Positions 17,698-26,122 of a stretch of DNA of 29,640 nt are shown in pieces; the first letter of the stretch is position 1, and every line of letters begins with the position of its first letter. The position numbers and the translations under genes were made by a program. The stretch comes from Candidatus Auribacterota bacterium (GTDB taxonomy: Bacteria > Auribacterota > UBA6266). The notes under the pieces are model-generated. The model saw only the letters and a list, made by a program, of their open reading frames with translations. It was not told where the DNA came from and did no database searches. Location: the NCBI GenBank assembly GCA_023136205.1, contig JAGLRQ010000004.1:1-29640 (forward strand), read 5' to 3'.

Positions 17698-18525
17698 CTA
17701 TACGCTGTTTTTCACTATCCTATCTATCTTAGTTAATTGGTCAAGCAGTTTTTTAAGATTCCCAATCTTAAACATGTTAGGGCCATCGCAAAACGCCTTC
17801 GAAGGATTATCATGGGTTTCTATAAAAACAGCATCACAGCCAGCACCTACGGCCGCCCGTGCCAGATAAGGAATAAATTCACTCTGCCCTCCTGAAGAAC
17901 CAGCTCCAGCACCGGGAAGCTGAAGGCTGTGAGTCGCGTCAAAAATTACAGGCACGTTATTAGCCGCCAGTATTGGGAGACTCCTAATATCGCTTACGAG
18001 ATTATTATATCCGAAAGAATATCCTCTTTCCGTAACCATTACCTTGTTATTGCCGGCACTGCAGGCTTTGCCTATTATATACTTCATATCCCACGGTGAA
18101 ATAAATTGTCCCTTTTTTATATTTAAAGGTTTCTTTGTTTTTGCCGCCTTCATAATAAGGTCAGTCTGCCTGCATAGAAGAGCAGGAATTTGGATAACGT
18201 CCACAACTGCCGCAACCTGTTCAATTTCTTCCTGTGTATGTATATCCGTAAGAACCGGAATGCCAACTCTTTTTTTCACTTTTTTAAGTATTTTCAACCC
18301 CTCCTTTAATCCAGGCCCTCTGTAGGATCTAAGATTCATACGGTTGGCTTTATCATAGGAAGATTTAAAAATAAAAGGCACCTTAACCGAATCAGAAATT
18401 TTTTTTAACTCTTTAGCCATTTTAATACAGTGCTTTTCCGACTCTATTACACACGGCCCCGCTATCAGAACAAGGGGTTTATTCTTACCAATAAAAACGT
18501 CACCAATTTTTACAGGATTGCTCAT
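17698..18525 (-). CDS. kdsA: 3-deoxy-8-phosphooctulonate (Kdo8P) synthase
   Basis: 275 aa with LIAGPCVIES, FKSSYDKANR and FDATHSLQLPG motifs typical of KdsA. Confidence 0.95.
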   Translation of the reverse strand: MSNPVKIGDVFIGKNKPLVLIAGPCVIESEKHCIKMAKELKKISDSVKVPFIFKSSYDKANRMNLRSYRGPGLKEGLKILKKVKKRVGIPVLTDIHTQEEIEQVAAVVDVIQIPALLCRQTDLIMKAAKTKKPLNIKKGQFISPWDMKYIIGKACSAGNNKVMVTERGYSFGYNNLVSDIRSLPILAANNVPVIFDATHSLQLPGAGAGSSGGQSEFIPYLARAAVGAGCDAVFIETHDNPSKAFCDGPNMFKIGNLKKLLDQLTKIDRIVKNSV

Positions 18526-18540
18526 TTTTCTATTCGCTCC

Positions 18541-19269
18541 TTACCTGTTTTCAATAAAAGCTGAAGCTTTCTTCAAATCCTCGGGCGTATCAATTCCGAA
18601 TCCGGAACACTTAACCTTTTGCACATATATATCCACCCCTGATTCAAGTATTCTCAACTGTTCCAATTTTTCAGCTTTTTCCAGGGATGACTGTCCCATT
18701 TTTACAAATTCTAAGAGATATTGCTTTTTCATGCAGTATATCCCCAAATGTTTCAGCCACTTTTCATTTTCAGTGCCATTTCTGTAATAAGGAATCATAC
18801 TTCTGGAAAAATACAGAGCCTTATTTTCTTTATCCACCGCAACCTTAACAATATTAGGATCTTTCGCTTCAGTTTTATCCGTTGTCTCAACGGCCGCAGT
18901 CACAACCAGAAGAGAAGGATCTGAATAAATTCTATCAATAAGAGCATCTATTATCTCCGGATTCAAAAAAGGTTCATCCCCCTGGAGATTAACCACAACA
19001 TCACAGTCGAGAGTACTAAGAGCCTCAGCTATCCTGTCAGTCCCGGATAAATGTTCACAAGAAGTCATCACCGCGGTAAACCCGGCATTTACAACCACTT
19101 CCTTTATCCTCTTATCATCTGTCGCGACAATCAATTCATCAGCTCTCTTTGCTTTCGACGCAGATTCACATACCCACAAAACCACAGGTTTTGTCCCGAT
19201 CAATGCCAGGGGCTTACCCGGAAATCTCTCCGAATTATATCTTTCAGGGATAACGATTATTGTCTTCAT
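18541..19269 (-). CDS. kdsB: 3-deoxy-manno-octulosonate cytidylyltransferase (CMP-Kdo synthetase)
   Basis: MKTIIVIPERYNSERFPGKPL matches the KdsB N-terminus, and NLQGDEPF is present. The ORF track begins at TTG 19287, immediately after the gmhB stop. I place the start at ATG 19269; start choice is uncertain by 6 codons. Confidence 0.9.
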   Translation of the reverse strand: MKTIIVIPERYNSERFPGKPLALIGTKPVVLWVCESASKAKRADELIVATDDKRIKEVVVNAGFTAVMTSCEHLSGTDRIAEALSTLDCDVVVNLQGDEPFLNPEIIDALIDRIYSDPSLLVVTAAVETTDKTEAKDPNIVKVAVDKENKALYFSRSMIPYYRNGTENEKWLKHLGIYCMKKQYLLEFVKMGQSSLEKAEKLEQLRILESGVDIYVQKVKCSGFGIDTPEDLKKASAFIENR

Positions 19270-19287
19270 TTTTCTAACCATATTCAA

Positions 19288-19848
19288 TTACATTTCTGCC
19301 TCACCATTTGCCGCTTCCCTAAGGATCTCAACTGCTTCTTCAATATTGCTAATTACATAATCAGGATAACAATCTTCTACTTTAGAATTATCTCCCTCTT
19401 CACCGGTCTTTACAAGAATTGTCTTACATCCCGCTCTTTTCCCGGTTTCAATGTCAGAGCGTTTATCACCTATAAAAAAAGATCTTGCCACATCTATCCC
19501 GTGTTCCCTCACAGCAATCCTGACCATTTCAGGGGAAGGTTTCCTGCAATTGCATTTTTCTCCAGGATGATGCGGGCAGTAATAAACACCCGCAACTTCA
19601 ACCCCCTCTGCCTCAAGTTCTCTGACCAGCTTCTGATGAATCTCTTCAAGAACATCTTCCTTTACAAGACCGCGCCCGACACCCGACTGGTTTGTAATAA
19701 CAAAAATTTTATAGCCAATATCATAAATATTTTTTAGTGCCTCTTTGGCTCCTTTATAAAATTCAAATTTGTTCGGTTCGTTTATATAACCCGGATCCGG
19801 ATTGAGCGTACCATCGCGGTCAAAAAATACAGCTTTAGCGCTTCGCAT
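19288..19848 (-). CDS. gmhB: D-glycero-D-manno-heptose 1,7-bisphosphate phosphatase
   Basis: 186 aa. HAD motif FFDRDGTLN and Zn-binding CPHHPGEKCNCRKP, typical of GmhB. Confidence 0.9.
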   Translation of the reverse strand: MRSAKAVFFDRDGTLNPDPGYINEPNKFEFYKGAKEALKNIYDIGYKIFVITNQSGVGRGLVKEDVLEEIHQKLVRELEAEGVEVAGVYYCPHHPGEKCNCRKPSPEMVRIAVREHGIDVARSFFIGDKRSDIETGKRAGCKTILVKTGEEGDNSKVEDCYPDYVISNIEEAVEILREAANGEAEM

Positions 19849-19868
19849 TAATATCCTTCTCTGCCTAA

Positions 19869-20861
19869 TTAGTGTTTTTGCATCACCGCTGTTCTTACTT
19901 CATCAACAGTTGTAGTCGCAGTCCCCAGTTTAGCAACAACAATTCCCGCGGCATAATTAGCTATCACCGCAGCAACTTTTATGTCTGCTCCTACCGCGAG
20001 GGCTGCTGTGAGCGAGGATATCACAGTATCGCCTGCTCCGGAAACATCATAAACTTCCCTGGCGGAGGATGAAATCTTAAATGGCTTTTTCCCCTTCTCA
20101 AAAAGACACATCCCCTTTTCACCCAGGGTCATCAGAACATATTTTGTCTTGAATTTATTCAACAATCTTTTTCCCGCATCATACAGAATATCATCCCGGT
20201 CGATATTCAGCCCGGCAAAAGAATATCCTTCATAATGATTTGGTGTAAACACCGTTGCCCCGTTTAAATTGAAAACCCGGCCCAATTTCGGATCAAAAGC
20301 AACAATTTTCTTGCTGTCTTTACACATCTTTATAATCCCGGTAACAAGCTTCTGTTGGATAAGGCCCTTTCCATAATCTTCAATTATAACAGCATTAAAA
20401 TCATTAATTTTAGTTTTAGCAAAATGCAATATCTCTTTGATGATTTTATCACTAACTTGATCTGTCTGCTCCTTATCAAACCTCACAACCTGCTGCTGAT
20501 GAGCAATTACCCTTGTCTTTACAATCGTACCCCGCTCATTTATTTTTATTACCCCTTCCAGGTTAACCTTTGATGGTTCCAGAATAGAACAAAGCCTTTC
20601 CCCATTCAAATCACCTCCAATCACACCACACATAAAAGAATAAGCACCCAGAGACATTAGGTTATTTACAACATTGGCAGCCCCACCCGGCATATAACTT
20701 TCTTTGGCAACTTTGACAACCGGAACCGGCGCTTCCGGAGAAATCCTGTTTACTTTGCCCCAGACAAAGCAGTCCAGCATCATATCCCCAACAACAAGCA
20801 TTGAGACATTTTTAATCTTATCCAGCACACGAAAAATCTCTTCTTTTTTCACTCTTTTCAC
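19869..20861 (-). CDS. hldA: D-glycero-beta-D-manno-heptose-7-phosphate kinase (RfaE domain I only, monofunctional)
   Basis: 330 aa of the ribokinase/PfkB family: VVGDMMLDCFVWGKVNRISPEAPVPVV and DVSGAGDTV. There is no C-terminal cytidylyltransferase-like (HldC) domain. Confidence 0.88.
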   Translation of the reverse strand: MKRVKKEEIFRVLDKIKNVSMLVVGDMMLDCFVWGKVNRISPEAPVPVVKVAKESYMPGGAANVVNNLMSLGAYSFMCGVIGGDLNGERLCSILEPSKVNLEGVIKINERGTIVKTRVIAHQQQVVRFDKEQTDQVSDKIIKEILHFAKTKINDFNAVIIEDYGKGLIQQKLVTGIIKMCKDSKKIVAFDPKLGRVFNLNGATVFTPNHYEGYSFAGLNIDRDDILYDAGKRLLNKFKTKYVLMTLGEKGMCLFEKGKKPFKISSSAREVYDVSGAGDTVISSLTAALAVGADIKVAAVIANYAAGIVVAKLGTATTTVDEVRTAVMQKH

Positions 20862-20938
20862 TTTTCTGTTCCCTTTTATGTTTTTAAATTCACGCTCACC
20901 CCGTTTATTTTATCATTAACGGCTATTCTTTTCCATAG

Positions 20939-23545
20939 TTAACAGACGCCGATCCTTAACATTTCTACAGCTTTTAAAGAAACCTCATTCGGTAACAAAT
21001 CCGTCATGCATTCTCCCTTTGAACAGGTTTTACTGAAGCACGGGGCACACGGCAAAGCCGATTTAAATATATAATTATCTTTCCCGACGGGGCCTGTTCT
21101 GTCAGAAGAAGTAGGCCCAAAAAGGCAAATTACCTTCTTCCCTAGTGCCGCGGCAAGATGCATTGCGCCATTATCATTTGTTATAACAAGATCGCTTAAA
21201 GACAATATACCCGCCAGTGTAAAAATATTGGTTTTACCAGCCGCATTAAAAGCCTTGTTGTGCCCGTAAATTATCCTTTCCCCGCACCCGATTTCCTCCG
21301 ATGTCCCCGCTATCATGATGCGGGCATCCACATCCTTTCGAAGGTTAAAGGCCACCTTCCTGAAATTTTCCATATTCCACCTCTTTGACTTCCACCTCGC
21401 TCCGGGAATAAGACATACTTTTGGGCCTCTGGACCCTGTTTTAGACCATAAAAGATTGCCCTGTTTTAGAGACAGATCAGGCAGCTTCAGGTCAAAAACA
21501 CAACCCTCTTTCTTACCGCAAACAATAGCAGCAAGTGAAATATACCTTTCTGCGGAGTTGGCTTCTGCTCTCCCTATTAAGCATTTTTTATTATAAAACA
21601 AAGAAGAAAATTCCCTCGCATCGGAAAACCCGGCCCTTATCTCCGCACCACTCAACCAGCTGATAATACCGCTTCTAAAAAGTCCCTGAAAATCAATACA
21701 TATATCAATTTTTTCTGAACGAATTTTAAAAATGAACCTGAAAATTTCAAAAATCGTTTTAGGCAAACATAAAAATCTTCCCCAGCTTTTCCTTTTTATC
21801 TCAAAAATCATATCAACAGCATCAACCATCGCAACAACATCTTTAAACTTATCGGAGGCCACCCAGCAAATTTTCGAATCGGGCATTGCTTTTTTAATGC
21901 ACCTGACAGCAGGAATAGTCTGGACTATATCCCCCAACGAACTCGGTTTAACAATTAGAATTTTTTTTCGAAGACCTGCCGATTTATTTTGCAACCCTGT
22001 ACCCGCGGAAAGATTTGCACCGCAAATCCGCGGGGATGTAAAACAGGCGGGGTCAGCACTTAGTTCTTTTTTCAGTTTTTGTTTCTCGCGACAAGTAATA
22101 TTCCTCAGCGAATCAAAATAAATTTCTATAAACTTTTTCCTTTCATCACCATTTATTATACCAATCAGGTTGTCAATTAACCTCTTTATATTTTTAATCT
22201 TTTGCAGCCTGCTTACACTTTGCTTAAAATAAACTCTGTCTGTATCCAATATAAAAATCTTAATCCTGCCGTTGATATTTTTCACAAACACATTTCCGGG
22301 CTTTGTATCCCTGTGATAAATCCCTTTATTATGCATATCAGAAATAAATCGAGCCGCAGAACCAAGAACATCCATTCTCTCATATTCAGATAAAGATTTT
22401 TCCCTGATATAACAATCTATTCTCTCTAAATCATTTTCAGCAATAGATAAAAAGTACCCTTCTCCTGATGAAGCTTTCACCCCAAGCATAGGTTCAGGTG
22501 TGTTTATCTTTCTTATTTCAAGTCCTATTGCCCCCTTCCATGAATCAATAGCTTTAACTCCCGAAGGGCGGCTGGGATTAACCATATTATACCTTTTTAT
22601 ATACAGATCCAAATCCCCCAGATTGACCCTTGTAATTGTAGTTTTTATATCTTCCTTTATCTTTTTCCCGGTTTTAAAAAGGTTTTTAATGTCTTTAAGA
22701 GCATCTCCGCATTTCTCTATATATTCTCTTTTACCAACACCCCGAAACCCGCTGTCTCTTATAAAACAATAATCCTCATTTTTACCAACGGCCTTGCGGT
22801 CTCTTCTTTTCCATAAATGATAAAAACTTTCGTCAGTCCCTTTCTCAATACAAGCGAATTTACTTCTAAAATCCTCTCCAAAATATCTGTAAAAAAACTT
22901 ATCCTGGATATCCTTTCCGAAGCACTCTCTTAAAAACATATTTACATTGATCAGGTTCATCTTAGAGGCAGAATAAGGAAGTGCGTCTTTATAAAACCTT
23001 AATCTATGTAAATCTATCAGAAAAAATTTTCCCTCACTTAAAAGAACATTGTCAAAATGGAAATCTTTCTGAAAAACTCCTTTCGCGTGAAGATCTTTTA
23101 CAAAATCACAAAATTCGCGAATATAGTTTAACGGCTCATCCTTGATTTTTTCCGCGAGTGTCACACTGCCCGGGACCTCCGCGGAAATAAAAATACTTCC
23201 AGACATCCTGCACTTACCCCATGTGGTACCCCACAACCCCGCGGAAGGAGATTTTCCATTGAAAGTTCCAAACGCTACCGGATCAGGAACATTTATCCCA
23301 ATCTTCTTTAATCTCAGACAATTCCCATATTCTATGCATGCCTTGTTGGTTTTAAAAACATACCTGACATGATCAAAAAATGACGGGTTAAAATATATCT
23401 TTACGTAGCAATTCAGTCTATTAAGTTCGCCCTTAAAAACTTTTCTTGCAGCCGTCTGATCTATCTTTTCCAGCATGTCAAAATCTTCAAGCAGCAACGG
23501 AAGGCCCTGAAATCCTTCTTTAACAGAATGCCATTTTATCTTCAT
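20939..23545 (-). CDS. Tri-domain fusion: two tandem Kdo/WaaP-family LPS kinase domains plus a C-terminal GT9 heptosyltransferase
   Basis: 868 aa. D1 (aa ~20-235): CYVKIYF ... LHAKGVFQKDFHFDNVLL ... FLIDLHRL. D2 (aa ~295-470): LYIKRYN ... MHNKGIYHRDTKPGNVFV ... FILDTDRV. GT9 (aa ~527-868): ILIVKPSSLGDIVQTIPAVRCIKK, IPGARWKSKRW, TNDNGAMHLAAALGKKV, PCAPCFSKTCSKGECM. Confidence 0.8.
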   Translation of the reverse strand: MKIKWHSVKEGFQGLPLLLEDFDMLEKIDQTAARKVFKGELNRLNCYVKIYFNPSFFDHVRYVFKTNKACIEYGNCLRLKKIGINVPDPVAFGTFNGKSPSAGLWGTTWGKCRMSGSIFISAEVPGSVTLAEKIKDEPLNYIREFCDFVKDLHAKGVFQKDFHFDNVLLSEGKFFLIDLHRLRFYKDALPYSASKMNLINVNMFLRECFGKDIQDKFFYRYFGEDFRSKFACIEKGTDESFYHLWKRRDRKAVGKNEDYCFIRDSGFRGVGKREYIEKCGDALKDIKNLFKTGKKIKEDIKTTITRVNLGDLDLYIKRYNMVNPSRPSGVKAIDSWKGAIGLEIRKINTPEPMLGVKASSGEGYFLSIAENDLERIDCYIREKSLSEYERMDVLGSAARFISDMHNKGIYHRDTKPGNVFVKNINGRIKIFILDTDRVYFKQSVSRLQKIKNIKRLIDNLIGIINGDERKKFIEIYFDSLRNITCREKQKLKKELSADPACFTSPRICGANLSAGTGLQNKSAGLRKKILIVKPSSLGDIVQTIPAVRCIKKAMPDSKICWVASDKFKDVVAMVDAVDMIFEIKRKSWGRFLCLPKTIFEIFRFIFKIRSEKIDICIDFQGLFRSGIISWLSGAEIRAGFSDAREFSSLFYNKKCLIGRAEANSAERYISLAAIVCGKKEGCVFDLKLPDLSLKQGNLLWSKTGSRGPKVCLIPGARWKSKRWNMENFRKVAFNLRKDVDARIMIAGTSEEIGCGERIIYGHNKAFNAAGKTNIFTLAGILSLSDLVITNDNGAMHLAAALGKKVICLFGPTSSDRTGPVGKDNYIFKSALPCAPCFSKTCSKGECMTDLLPNEVSLKAVEMLRIGVC

Positions 23546-23564
23546 TTTTAATCTTCCACTTTTT

Positions 23565-24503
23565 TCATTTGTCTATCCCCCAATTCTTTCTCAGGCCAAA
23601 AAAATGCCAGACCAGGATACCGGAAGACATAACCAGCTTTTGCTTAAATTCACGCACCGCAAACACAGTAATAATATTAAGAATAAAATACAGCATTGAC
23701 CTTACAAATAAAAGGAAACCAAGAGCAAAACACAACAAAATTTTACCAGAAAAACCGTAATATTTATCAAAATAGGAATATCTTGATATATAATATTCAA
23801 TTCTTGCTTTGAGCAGTGCTTCTCCGGCACTTTTTCCCTGAAGATGTAAAACATTGACGCCCGGAAAAATAAAAATTTTTAATCCGTTTTCCCGAACCCT
23901 GCGGCAAAAATCACTTTCCTCAAAGAAAAAGAAATATCTTTCATCAAAACCGCCCAGATCATCAAAGGCTTCTCTTTTCACAAGCATAAAAGCACCAATA
24001 AGGGTTTCAACCTCGAAAGGCTCTTTTCTTAAAAAAGCTTTTCCCTCGTATTTTTCAGGAAAAACTTTTTTAAGAAGAGACTTATTTATTATCTCGGTTA
24101 TAAAATCCGGTGTTTTGCCGAATGAATTTTGTTCTGAACCATCAGGATTAATTAACCTGGCACCACAAACAGCAGCGGAATTATCCGCCCGCATAAATTT
24201 GACAAGAGGTTTTATTGAAGCGCTCAGTTCAGCGTCACTGTTTAAAAAACATACTAACGCGCCTTCTGACTTGTTAAAACCTTTATTGCAGGCTCCGGCG
24301 AATCCTATATTCTCCCTGTTCTCAATGACTTTTACGTCCGCGAAACTGCTTTTTAACCCGGACACACTCTCATCCGCAGAACCGTTATCCACGACTATAA
24401 TTTCGTAATCAAAATCCGAAAACCGCTTAACAGAATTTATGCACCTAACTGTAAGAGCAAGAGTATTGTAATTTATGATAATAAATGAAATCTTTAAATT
24501 CAT
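23565..24503 (-). CDS. Family 2 glycosyltransferase
   Basis: 312 aa with SFIIINYNT, IIVVDNGSADES and FFFEESDFCRR motifs, plus C-terminal hydrophobic helices. Confidence 0.85.
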   Translation of the reverse strand: MNLKISFIIINYNTLALTVRCINSVKRFSDFDYEIIVVDNGSADESVSGLKSSFADVKVIENRENIGFAGACNKGFNKSEGALVCFLNSDAELSASIKPLVKFMRADNSAAVCGARLINPDGSEQNSFGKTPDFITEIINKSLLKKVFPEKYEGKAFLRKEPFEVETLIGAFMLVKREAFDDLGGFDERYFFFFEESDFCRRVRENGLKIFIFPGVNVLHLQGKSAGEALLKARIEYYISRYSYFDKYYGFSGKILLCFALGFLLFVRSMLYFILNIITVFAVREFKQKLVMSSGILVWHFFGLRKNWGIDK

Positions 24504-24522
24504 ATTTTTTACTTATTTTTTT

Positions 24523-24608
24523 TTCTCTGTGAACTTTGTGTTCTCTGTGGTTAATTTTTAGGTATTTTTTTTGTTTTTACTACATACTATATACTCAATA
24601 CTATATAC
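24523..24608. repeat. Bipartite intergenic repeat block (sugar-transferase/GT2 spacer)
   Basis: TTCTCTGTG at 24523-24531 and 24541-24549. ATACTATATAC at 24584-24594 and 24598-24608 (period 14). 24543-24608 is homologous to 5345-5406. 24523-24550 resembles the reverse complement of 28393-28419 (about 22 of 27 aligned positions). The 12-mer ATACTCAATACT is shared with 16672-16683. Confidence 0.8.
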
Positions 24609-24617
24609 CGCTTTTAC

Positions 24618-26015
24618 TCAATACGCATTCTTGAAAGACGCAAACGTCATTATAACTATCCTCAGGTCAAACATAAGCGACCAGTTCTCCATATAATAAA
24701 TGTCATATTTTGTTCTTCCTGTGATGGATGTATCACCTCTGTATCCGCTAATCTGTGCCCAGCCCGTAATGCCGGATTTTACTCTATGCCTTGCCATATA
24801 ATATGGAATTTGCTCTTTAAATTTGTATACAAAATGCGGGCGTTCAGGCCTAGGCCCAACCAGACTCATATTTCCTTTCAGAACATTCCAGAACTGAGGA
24901 AGTTCATCTATATTATACCTTCTCATAAAACAGCCGATGGGAGTTCTGCGCTCATCATTTTTTTTAGCCCAAACAGGCCCTGTTTCATCCTCAGCACCAG
25001 ATCTCATAGAGCGGAATTTAAAAAGAGTAAAAACCTTACCGTCTTCCCCTACCCTCTGCTGTTTATATAAAAGCGGCCCTTTCGAAGTTGTTTTTATAAT
25101 TATTCCCAACACCGGAGTAACGAGCAAAAAAACCATAACACCTATTAGCGAACCCGCTATATCAAAAACTCTTTTCAGGATTCTGTTGCCTACATAATCA
25201 AGCGGAAGCTCTTTCTGTCTCATAATTGGGATACCATTTATTTCTTCAAGCCCCAGGCGGGCAACAGTCATCTGCATTATATCAGGAATCATTTTCCAGG
25301 AAACCAGCTCTTTCGAACATTTAACAATAAAATCCACTATCTTTTCATGCGACAGCGTTGAAAGTGTTAAAATCATCTCATCCACAATTTTTCTTGAAAA
25401 ATATTTATCCATGTTTTCCAGTGTATCAATAACCTTAAAACCCATTATTTCACTTCCGACCATTTCAGGATGAGTCGTCAGGAAACCAATAACATTGGAA
25501 ACATACTGCGGGCTATCCCTGAAAGTAACGGCCAGCCTCGATGCTGTATCTCCCGTCCCTATTATTAGAATCCGCTTCTTTTCATGCAATTTTTCAAGCA
25601 TTCTAATCCTTATGTGACTGATCAGAAACCTGTATAAATTAATTATAATTATAGAACTAACTCCTGAGATAACAATAACCAGTGTTGAGTATTGAAAAGC
25701 CCTGTATAATGTTGAAGCCGCGAGAAGTGCCACTGCCCCCCAGAGAACAGCCCTTGTAACATTACCTGCCTGATTCCACCTTGATTCAATATTTGAAATA
25801 TTGTAAAGCCCGTAGTGCGCGAAAATCAGCATCCAGACAAATGTGGCAGCCGGAATAGCTTTCAGGTATGCGCCAAACTCCGGAATTCCTTTGTAAATCG
25901 GGAAAACAGTATAAAACCTGAAAAGATACACACAGACAAAATTAATGGAAATCAACAATGCATCACCACACAATAAAAATAACATTATCATAAAGTCTTT
26001 CTTTTTCGAATCCAC
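24618..26015 (-). CDS. Polyprenyl-phosphate sugar-phosphate transferase (large WbaP-like PGT, initiating enzyme)
   Basis: 465 aa with N-terminal TM helices, a central Rossmann-like region (ILIIGTGDTA) and a C-terminal bacterial sugar transferase domain (DELPQFWNVLKGNMSLVGPRPERP). GTG start with GGAG upstream. Confidence 0.88.
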   Translation of the reverse strand: MDSKKKDFMIMLFLLCGDALLISINFVCVYLFRFYTVFPIYKGIPEFGAYLKAIPAATFVWMLIFAHYGLYNISNIESRWNQAGNVTRAVLWGAVALLAASTLYRAFQYSTLVIVISGVSSIIIINLYRFLISHIRIRMLEKLHEKKRILIIGTGDTASRLAVTFRDSPQYVSNVIGFLTTHPEMVGSEIMGFKVIDTLENMDKYFSRKIVDEMILTLSTLSHEKIVDFIVKCSKELVSWKMIPDIMQMTVARLGLEEINGIPIMRQKELPLDYVGNRILKRVFDIAGSLIGVMVFLLVTPVLGIIIKTTSKGPLLYKQQRVGEDGKVFTLFKFRSMRSGAEDETGPVWAKKNDERRTPIGCFMRRYNIDELPQFWNVLKGNMSLVGPRPERPHFVYKFKEQIPYYMARHRVKSGITGWAQISGYRGDTSITGRTKYDIYYMENWSLMFDLRIVIMTFASFKNAY

Positions 26016-26032
26016 TATATCTTCTCCGTATT

Positions 26033-26122
26033 TAGTTATTAAGTTATTGGTTATTAGGTTATTAAGTTAACAGGTTACTCATTCAATGCTTAATAACTCA
26101 GTAACTTAGTAACTCAATAACC
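26033..26122. repeat. Inverted arrays of 8-nt GTTAnn / nnTAAC units spanning the GT4 stop codon
   Basis: GTTA-type units start at 26035, 26043, 26050, 26058, 26066 and 26074. (A/G)TAAC units are at 26092, 26100, 26108 and 26116. A perfect 9-bp inner stem joins GTTATTAAG (26058-26066) and CTTAATAAC (26089-26097). The right arm overlaps the last codons and TGA stop (26114-26116) of the GT4 gene. Confidence 0.75.

Noticed and set aside
19051-19737. 228-aa plus-strand ORF spanning kdsB/gmhB
   Set aside because: It is antisense to two well-supported genes and crosses their boundary. The sequence is low-complexity, so it is a shadow ORF.
21315-23372. Several 60-130-aa plus-strand ORFs inside the 868-aa fusion gene
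   Set aside because: All are antisense to a continuous ORF with recognisable kinase and GT9 motifs along its whole length, and none has its own motifs or an SD.
26033-26122. CRISPR array as an explanation for the periodic repeats here and at 16.6, 24.5 and 28.4 kb
   Set aside because: The units are only 5-9 nt with no unique spacers of 25-40 nt, the arrays are under 100 nt, and no cas genes are present.
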